From: Antedon mediterranea
Lineage: Eukaryota > Animalia > Echinodermata
Length of the DNA: 64,000 nucleotides
NCBI RefSeq assembly: GCF_964355755.1
Contig: NC_092675.1
Coordinates: forward strand, 13,201,812-13,265,811
Direction: 5' to 3'
Shown: positions 54,540 to 64,000 of the stretch, piece after piece
Position numbering within the stretch: position 1 is the stretch's first letter
Layout of the letters: every line of letters begins with the position of its first letter
The notes under the pieces: generated by a model
The model's input: the letters and a program-made list of their open reading frames with translations, nothing else
What the model was told of the DNA's origin: nothing
Databases searched by the model: none
Translations under genes and position numbers: made by a program

Positions 54540-57500
54540 TTTTAGACCATTTTGTGATTTTCGAAAAAACTTGTTAACATAAAAACATGAAAGTGCTTAG
54601 AATAGCTTCAAATCGTATTTGGAGACGTTTTAGACCATTTTGTGATTTTCGAAAAAACTTGTTAACATAAAAACACCAATGTGCTTAGAATAGCTTCAAA
54701 TCGCATTTTGAGACGTTTTAGACCATTTTGTGCATTTCGATGAAACTTGGTTACACAAAAACATCAAAGTGCTTAAAATCACATTATAAACCATTTTAGA
54801 CCATTTTGAGCATTTCGATAACACTTTTCACACAAAAACATCAAAGAGCACAAAATAGCTTAATATCGTATTTAAAAACGTTTTAGACCATTTTGAGCAT
54901 TTCGACAAAACTTTTTCACACAAAACACCAAAGTGCTTAGAATAGCTTCAAATCGCATTTGGAGACGTTTTAGACCATTTTGTGATTTTCGAAAAAACTT
55001 GTTAACATAAAAACATCAAAGCGTACAGAATAACTTCAAATCGCATTTGGAGACCGTTTTAGGCCAATTTGTGATTTTCGAAAAAACTTGTTAACCTAAA
55101 AATACCAAAGTGTTTAGAATAGCTTCAAATCGCATTTGGAGACGTTTTAGACCATTTTGTGATTTTCGAAAAAACTTGTTAACATAAAAACACCAAAGTG
55201 CTTCAAATCGCATTTGGAGACATTTTAGACCAATTTGTGATTTTTGAAAAAACTTGTTAACATAAAAACACCAAAGTGCTTACAATAGCTTCAAATCGTA
55301 TTTGGAGACGTTTTAGACCATTTTGTGATTTTCGAAAAAACTTGTTAACATAAAAACACCAAAGTACTTAGAATAGCTTCAAATCGCATTTGGAGACGTT
55401 TTAGACCATTTTATGCATTTCGATGAAACTTGGTTACACAAAAACATCAATGTGCTTAAAATCACAGTATAATCCGTTTTAGACCATTTTGAGCATTTCG
55501 ATAACACTTTTCACACAAAAACATCAAAGAGCACAAAATAGCTTAATATCGTATTTAAAAACGTTTTAGACCATTTTGAGCATTTAGACAAAACTTTTTC
55601 ACACAAAACACCAAAGTGTTTAGAATAGCTTCAAATCGCATTTGGAGACGTTTTAGACCATTTTGTGATTTTCGAAAAAACTTGTTAACATAAAAACACC
55701 AAAGTGCTTCAAATCGCATTTGAGACATTTTAGACCAATTTGTGATTTTTGAAAAAACTTGTTAACATAAAAACACCAAAGTGCTTACAATAGCTTCAAA
55801 TCGTATTTGGAGACGTTTTAGACCATTTTGTGATTTTCGAAAAAACTTGATAACATAAAAACACCAAAGTACTTAGAATAGCTTCAAATCGCATTTGGAG
55901 ACGTTTTAGACCATTTTATGCATTTCGATGAAACTTGGTTACACAAAAACATCAAAGTGCTTAAAATCACATTATAATCCGTTTTAGACCATTTTGAGCA
56001 TTTCGATAACACTTTTCACACAAAAACATCAAAGAGCACAAAATAGCTTAATATCGTATTTAAAAACTTTTTAGACCATTTTGAGCATTTCGACAAAACT
56101 TTTTCACACAAAACACCAAAGTGCTTAGAATAGCTTCAAATCGCATTTGGAGACGTTTTAGACCATTTTGTGATTTTCGAAAAAAATTGTTAACATAAAA
56201 ACATCAAAGTGTACAGAATAGCTTCAAATCGCATTTGGAGACCGTTTTAGGCCAATTTGTGATTTTCGAAAAAACTTGTTAACCTAAAAATACCAAAGTG
56301 TTTAGAATAGCTTCAAATCGCATTTGGAGACGTTTTAGACCATTTTGTGATTTTCGAAAAAACTTGTTAACATAAAAACACCAAAGTGCTTAGAATAGCT
56401 TCAAATCACATTTGGAGACGTTTTAGACCATAAGTGCTTAGAATCACATTATAAACCGTTTTAGACCATTTTGAGCATTTCGATAACAATTTTCACACAA
56501 AAACATCAAAGAGCACAAAATAGCTTAATATCGTATTTAAAAATGTTTTAGACCATTTTGAGCATTTAGATAAAACTTTTTCACACAAAACACCAAAGTG
56601 CTTAGAATAGCTTCAAATCGCATTTGGAGACGTTTTAGACCATTTTGTGATTTTTGAAAAAACTTGTTAACATAAAAACACCAAAGTGCTTAGAATAGCT
56701 TCAAATCACATTTGGAGAGGTTTTAGACCATTTTGTGATTTTCGAAAAAACTTGTTAACATAAAAACACGAAAGTGCTTAGAATAGCTTCAAATCGCATT
56801 TGGAAACGTTTTAGACCATTTTGTGATTTTCGAAAAAACTTGTTAACATAAAAACATGAAAGTGCTTAGAATAGCTTCAAATCGTATTTGGAGACGTTTT
56901 AGACCATTTTGTGATTTTCGAAAAAACTTGTTAACATAAAAACACCAATGTGCTTAGAAAAGCTTCAAATCGCATTTTGAGACGTTTTAGACCATTTTGT
57001 GCATTTCGATGAAACTTGGTTACACAAAAACATCAAAGTGCTTAAAATCACATTATAAACCATTTTAGACCATTTTGAGCATTTCGATAACACCTTTCAC
57101 ACAAAAACATCAAAGAGCACAAAATAGCTTAATATCGTATTTAAAAACGTTTTAGACCATTTTGAGCATTTCGACAAAACTTTTTCACACAAAACACCAA
57201 AGTGCTTAGAATAGCTTCAAATCGCATTTGGAGACGTTTTAGACCATTTTGTGATTTTCGAAAAAACTTGTTAACATAAAAACATCAAAGTGTACAGAAT
57301 AACTTCAAATCGCATTTGGAGACCGTTTTAGGCCAATTTGTGATTTTCGAAAAAACTTGTTAACCTAAAAATACCAAAGTGTTTAGAATAGCTTCAAATC
57401 GCATTTGGAGACGTTTTAGACCATTTTGTGATTTTCGAAAAAACTTGTTAACATAAAAACACCAAAGTGCTTCAAATCGCATTTGGAGACATTTTAGACC

Positions 57501-60500
57501 AATTTGTGATTTTTGAAAAAACTTGTTAACATAAAAACACCAAAGTGCATACAATAGCTTCAAATCGTATTTGGAGACGTTTTAGACCATTTTGTGATTT
57601 TCGAAAAAACTTGTTAACATAAAAACACCAAAGTACTTAGAATAGCTTCAAATCGAATTTGGAGACGTTTTAGACCATTTTATGCATTTCGATGAAACTT
57701 GGTTACACAAAAACATCAATGTGCTTAAAATCACATTATAATCCGTTTTAGACCATTTTGAGCATTTCGATAACACTTTTCACACAAAAACATCAAAGAG
57801 CACAAAATAGCTTAATATCGTATTTAAAAACGTTTTAGACCATTTTGAGCATTTAGACAAAACTTTTTCACACAAAACACCAAAGTGTTTAGAATAGCTT
57901 CAAATCGCATTTGGAGACGTTTTAGACCATTTTGTGATTTTCGAAAAAACTTGTTAACATAAAAACACCAAAGTGCTTCAAATCGCATTTGAGACATTTT
58001 AGACCAATTTGTGATTTTTGAAAAAACTTGTTAACATAAAAACACCAAAGTGCTTACAATAGCTTCAAATCGTATTTGGAGACGTTTTAGACCATTTTGT
58101 GATTTTCGAAAAAACTTGTTAACATAAAAACACCAAAGTACTTAGAATAGCTTCAAATCGCATTTGGAGACGTTTTAGACCATTTTATGCATTTCGATGA
58201 AACTTGGTTACACAAAAACATCAAAGTGCTTAAAATCACATTATAATCCGTTTTAGACCATTTTGAGCATTTCGATAACACTTTTCACACAAAAACATCA
58301 AAGAGCACAAAATAGCTTAATATCGTATTTAAAAACTTTTTAGACCATTTTGAGCATTTCGACAAAACTTTTTCACACAAAACACCAAAGTGCTTAGAAT
58401 AGCTTCAAATCGCATTTGGAGACGTTTTAGACCATTTTGTGATTTTCGAAAAAAATTGTTAACATAAAAACATCAAAGTGTACAGAATAGCTTCAAATCG
58501 CATTTGGAGACCGTTTTAGGCCAATTTGTGATTTTCGAAAAAACTTGTTAACCTAAAAATACCAAAGTGTTTAGAATAGCTTCAAATCGCATTTGGAGAC
58601 GTTTTAGACCATTTTGTGATTTTCGAAAAAACTTGTTAACATAAAAACACCAAAGTGCTTAGAATAGCTTCAAATCACATTTGGAGACGTTTTAGACCAT
58701 AAGTGCTTAGAATCACATTATAAACCGTTTTAGACCATTTTGAGCATTTCGATAACAATTTTCACACAAAAACATCAAAGAGCACAAAATAGCCTAATAT
58801 CGTATTTAAAAATGTTTTAGACCATTTTGAGCATTTAGATAAAACTTTTTCACACAAAACACCAAAGTGCTTAGAATAGCTTCAAATCGCATTTGGAGAC
58901 GTTTTAGACCATTTTGTGATTTTTGAAAAAACTTGTTAACATAAAAACACCAAAGTGCTTAGAATAGCTTCAAATCACATTTGGAGACGTTTTAGACCAT
59001 TTTGTGATTTTCGAAAAAACTTGTTAACATAAAAACACGAAAGTGCTTAGAATAGCTTCAAATCGCATTTGGAAACGTTTTAGACCATTTAGTGATTTTC
59101 GAAAAAACTTGTTAACATAAAAACACGAAAGTGCTTAGAATAGCTTCAAATCGCATTTGGAAACGTTTTAGACCATTTTGTGATTTTCGAAAAAAATTGT
59201 TAACATAAAAACACCAAAGTGTTTAGAATAGCTTCAAATCGCATTTGGAGACGTTTTAGACCAATTTGTGATTTTCGAAAAAACTTATCAACATAAAAAC
59301 ACCAAAGGGTTCAGAATAGCTTCAAATCGCATTTGGAGACGTTTTAGACCATTTTGTGATTTTCGAAAAAACTTGTTAACATAAAAACACGAAAGTGCTT
59401 AGAATAGCTTCAAATCGCATTTGGAAACGTTTTAGACCATTTTGTGATTTTCGAAAAAAATTGTTAACATAAAAACATGAAAGTGCTTAGAATAGCTTCA
59501 AATCGTATTTGGAGACGTTTTAGACCATTTTGTGATTTTCGAAAAAACTTGTTAACATAAAATCACCAATGTGCTTAGAATAGCTTCAAATCGCATTTTG
59601 AGACGTTTTAGACCATTTTGTGCATTTCGATGAAACTTGGTTACACAAAAACATCAAAGTGCTTAAAATCACATTATAAACCATTTTAGACCATTTTGAG
59701 CATTTCGATAACACTTTTCACACAAAAACATCAAAGAGCACAAAATAGCTTAATATCGTATTTAAAAACGTTTTAGACCATTTTGAGCATTTCGACAAAA
59801 CTTTTTCACACAAAACACCAAAGTGCTTAGAATAGCTTCAAATCGCATTTGGAGACGTTTTAGACCATTTTGTGATTTTCGAAAAAACTTGTTAACATAA
59901 AAACATCAAAGTGTACAGAATAACTTCAAATCGCATTTGGAGACCGTTTTAGGCCAATTTGTGATTTTCGAAAAAACTTGTTAACCTAAAAATATCAAAG
60001 TGTTTAGAATAGCTTCAAATCGCATTTGGAGACGTTTTAGACCATTTTGTGATTTTCGAAAAAACTTGTTAACATAAAAACACCAAAGTGCTTCAAATCG
60101 CATTTGGAGACATTTTAGACCAATTTGTGATTTTTGAAAAAACTTGTTAACATAAAAACACCAAAGTGCTTACAATAGCTTCAAATCGTATTTGGAGACG
60201 TTTTAGACCATTTTGTGATTTTCGAAAAAACTTGTTAACATAAAAACACCAAAGTACTTAGAATAGCTTCAAATCGCATTTGGAGACGTTTTAGACCATT
60301 TTATGCATTTCGATGAAACTTGGTTACACAAAAACATCAATGTGCTTAAAATCACATTATAATCCGTTTTAGACCATTTTGAGCATTTCGATAACACTTT
60401 TCACACAAAAACATCAAAGAGCACAAAATAGCTTAATATCGTATTTAAAAACGTTTTAGACCATTTTGAGCATTTAGACAAAACTTTTTCACACAAAACA

Positions 60501-61050
60501 CCAAAGTGTTTAGAATAGCTTCAAATCGCATTTGGAGACGTTTTAGACCATTTTGTGATTTTTGAAAAAACTTGTTAACATAAAAACACCAAAGTGCTTC
60601 AAATCGCATTTGAGACATTTTAGACCAATTTGTGATTTTTGAAAAAACTTGTTAACATAAAAACACCAAAGTGCTTACAATAGCTTCAAATCGTATTTGG
60701 AGACGTTTTAGACCATTTTGTGATTTTCGAAAAAACTTGTTAACATAAAAACACCAAAGTACTTAGAATAGCTTCAAATCGCATTTGGAGACGTTTTAGA
60801 CCATTTTATGCATTTCGATGAAACTTGGTTACACAAAAACATCAAAGTGCTTAAAATCACATTATAATCCGTTTTAGACCATTTTGAGCATTTCGATAAC
60901 ACTTTTCACACAAAAACATCAAAGAGCACAAAATAGCTTAATATCGTATTTAAAAACTTTTTAGACCATTTTGAGCATTTCGACAAAACTTTTTCACACA
61001 AATCACCAAAGTGCTTAGAATAGCTTCAAATCGCATTTGGAGTCGTTTTA
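54540..61050 (+). repeat. Local HOR of about 2.3-2.6 kb in ~3 tandem copies, carrying the divergent GTACAG/AGGCC subfamily
   Basis: The marker (T/C)GTACAGAATAAC occurs at 55022, 57291 and 59912. The periods are 2269 and 2621 bp, a difference of 352 = 4 x 88. Confidence 0.82.
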
Positions 61051-64000
61051 GACCATTTTGTGATTTTCGAAAAAACTTGGTTACACAAAAACATCAAAGT
61101 GCTTAAAATCACATTATAAACCGTTTTAGACCATTTTGAACATTTCGATAACACTTTTCACACAAAAACATCAAAGAGCACAAAATAGCTTAATATCGTA
61201 TTTAAAAACGTTTTAGACCATTTTGAGCATTTCGACAAAACTTTTTCACACAAAACACCAAAGTGCTTAGAATAGCTTCAAATCGCATTTGGAGACGTTT
61301 TAGACCAATTTGTGCATTTCGATGAAACTTGATTACACAAAAACATCAACGTGCTTAAAATCACATTATAAACCGTTTTAGACCATTTTGAGCATTTCGA
61401 TAACACTTTTCACACAAAAACATCAAAGAGCACAAAATAGCTTAATATCGTATTTAAAAACGTTTTAGACCATTTTTTGAGCATTTAGACAAAACTTTTT
61501 CACACAAAACACCAAAGTGCTTAGAATAGCTTCAAATCGCATTTGGAGACGTTTTAGACCATTTTGTGCATTTCGATGAAACTTGGTTACACAAAAACAT
61601 CAAAGTGCTTAAAATGACATTATAAATCGTTTTAGACCATTTTGAGCATTTCGACAAAACTTTTTCACACAAAATACCAAAGGGCTTCAAATCGCATTTG
61701 GAGACGTTTTAGACCATTTTGTGATTTTCGAAAAAACTTTTTAACATAAAAACACCAAAGTGCTTAGAATAGCTTCAAATCACATTTGGAGACGTTTTAG
61801 ACCATTTTGTGATTTTCGAAAAAACTTGTTAACATAAAAACACGAAAGTGCTTAGAATAGCTTCAAATCGCATTTGGAAACGTTTTAGACCATTTTGTGA
61901 TTTTCGAAAAAAATTGTTAACATAAAAACACCAAAGTGCTTAGAATCACATTATAAACCGTTTTAGACCATTTTGAGCATTTCGATAACAATTTTCACAC
62001 AAAAACATCAAAGAGCACAAAATAGCTTAATATCGTATTTAAAAATGTTTTAGACCATTTTGAGCATTTAGATAAAACTTTTTCACACAAAACACCAAAG
62101 TGCTTAGAATAGCTTCAAATCGCATTTGGAGACGTTTTAGACCATTTTGTGATTTTTGAAAAAACTTGTTAACATAAAAACACCAAAATGTTAGAATAGC
62201 TTCAAATCACATTTGGAGACGTTTCAGACCATTTTGTGATTTTCGAAAAAACTTGTTAACATAAAAACACGAAAGTGCTTAGAATAGCTTCAAATCGAAT
62301 TTGGAAACGTTTTAGACCATTTTGTGATTTTCGAAAAAACTTGTTAACATAAAAACACGAAAGTGCTTAGAATAGCTTCAAATCGCATTTGGAAACGTTT
62401 TAGACCATTTTGTGATTTTCGAAAAAAATTGTTAACATAAAAACACCAAAGTGTTTGGAATAGCTTCAAATCGCATTTGGAGACGTTTTAGACCAATTTG
62501 TGATTTTCGAAAAAACTTATCAACATAAAAACACCAAAGGGTTTAGAATAGCTTCAAATCGCATTTGGAGACGTTTTAGACCATTTTGTGATTTTGAAAA
62601 AACTTGTTAACATAAAAACACCAAAGTGCTTAGAATAGCTTCAAATCGCATTTGGAGACGTTTTAGACCATTTTGTGATTTTCGAAAAAACTTGTTAACA
62701 TAAAAACACCAAAGTGCTTAGAATAGCTTCAAATCGTATTTGGAGACGTTTTAGACCATTTTGAGATTTTCGAAAAAACTTGGTTACACAAAAACATCAA
62801 AGTGCTTAAAATCACATTATAAACGGTTTTAGACCATTTTGAGCATTTCGATAACACTTTTCACACAAAAACATCAAAGAGCACAAAATAGCTTAATATC
62901 GTATTTAAAAACGTTTTAGACCATTTTGAGCATTTCGACAAAACTTTTTCACACAAAACACCAAAGTGCTTAGAATAGCTTCAAATCGCATTTGGAGACG
63001 TTTTAGACCAATTTGTGCATTTCGATGAAACTTGATTACACAAAAACATCAAAGTGCTTAAAATCACATTATAAACCGTTTTAGACCATTTTGAGCATTT
63101 CGATAACACTTTTCACACAAAAACATCAAAGAGCACAAAATAGCTTAATATCGTATTTAAAAACGTTTTAGACCATTTTGAGCATTTAGACAAAACTTTT
63201 TCACACAAAACACCAAAGTGCTTAGAATAGCTTCAAATCGCATTTGGAGACGTTTTAGAACATTTTGTGTTTTTCGAAAAAAACTGTTAACATAAAAACA
63301 CCAAAGTGCTTAGAATAGCTTCAAATCGCATTTGGAGACGTTTTAGAACATTTTGTGTTCGTCGAAAAAACCTGTTAACATAAAAACACCAAAGTGCTTA
63401 GAATAGCTTCAAATCGCATTTGGAGACGTTTTAGACCATTTTGTGATTTTTGAAAAAACTTGTTAACATAAAAACACCAAAGTGCTTAGAATAGCTTCAA
63501 ATCACATTTGGAGACGTTTTAGACCATTTTGGGATTTTCGAAAAAACTTGTTAACATAAAAACACGAAAGTGCTTAGAATAGCTTCAAATCGCATTTGGA
63601 AACGTTTTAGACCATTTTGTGATTTTCGAAAAAGATTGTTAACATAAAAACACCAAAGTGCTTAGAATCACAATATAAACCGTTTTAGACCATTTTGAGC
63701 ATTTCGATAACAATTTTCACACAAAAACATCAAAGAGCACAAAATAGCTTAATATCGTATTTAAAAATGTTTTAGACCATTTTGAGCATTTAGATAAAAT
63801 TTTTCACACAAAACACCAAAGTGCTTAGAATAGCTTCAAATCGCATTTGGAGACGGTTTAGACCATTTTGTGATTTTGAAAAAACTTGTTAACATAAAAA
63901 CACCAAAGTGCTTAGAATAGCTTCAAATCGCATTTGGAGACGTTTTAGACCATTTTGTGATTTTCGAAAAAACTTGTTAACATAAAAACACCAAAGTGCT

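Larger units (their letters stand above)
1..64000. repeat. Tandem satellite DNA array of ~88-bp monomer family (78-88 bp variants), probable centromeric/pericentromeric satellite; extends beyond both window ends
   Basis: GTTTTAGACCATTTTG (or a 1-2 nt variant) recurs every 78-88 bp from start to end, all on the same strand, with no unique sequence seen. The satellite call is direct. The centromeric location is inferred from length, homogeneity and HOR structure. Confidence 0.98.

Noticed and set aside
32451-57563. Six short minus-strand ORFs of 60-78 aa
   Set aside because: They are translations of the satellite, opened by chance indels or SNPs. The same peptide fragments recur in different frames, with no domain or gene context.
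1-64000. CRISPR array: the recurring GTTTTAGA resembles the start of type II-A repeats (GTTTTAGAGC...) with variable sequence between
   Set aside because: The intervening sequences are homologous to each other and repeated hundreds of times rather than being unique spacers. The similarity is only 8 nt, and there are no cas genes or leader.
1-64000. Embedded transposon, inversion or unique island
   Set aside because: None was seen on reading through. Every segment aligns to the monomer family on the same strand, although a very short insertion could have been missed by eye.
1-64000. A single regular HOR period for the whole array
   Set aside because: Marker spacings are irregular, and only local two- or three-copy periods are supported.
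1-64000. Assignment to a named satellite family or species
   Set aside because: I do not recognise the consensus, and a database search is required.

Overview
The whole 64 kb window is one uninterrupted, head-to-tail, single-orientation satellite DNA array. It is AT-rich (about 32% GC in the major monomer) and most likely eukaryotic (peri)centromeric heterochromatin. It is built from a family of related monomers: major type A (88 bp), type B (78 bp), types C and D (87 bp each), plus chimeric and deleted derivatives (78, 68 and 38 bp). All share a near-invariant junction, GTTTTAG|ACCATTTTG. The monomers follow a stereotyped order: runs of A alternate with a 252-bp B-C-D trimer. They are nested into irregular higher-order repeats (HORs), traceable by private SNPs at offsets of 1231, 1333, 2269/2621, 3135, 3578, 23996 and 30224 bp. 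I find no genes, RNA genes, transposons or CRISPR array, and the six listed ORFs are chance read-throughs of the repeat. The most interesting signals are a ~10-bp TT/AA phasing with the common large deletions falling in 10-bp multiples, the constrained monomer order, a CpG-decay signature, and a layered duplication history. All counts and offsets were read by eye, and I could not assign the species or satellite family.
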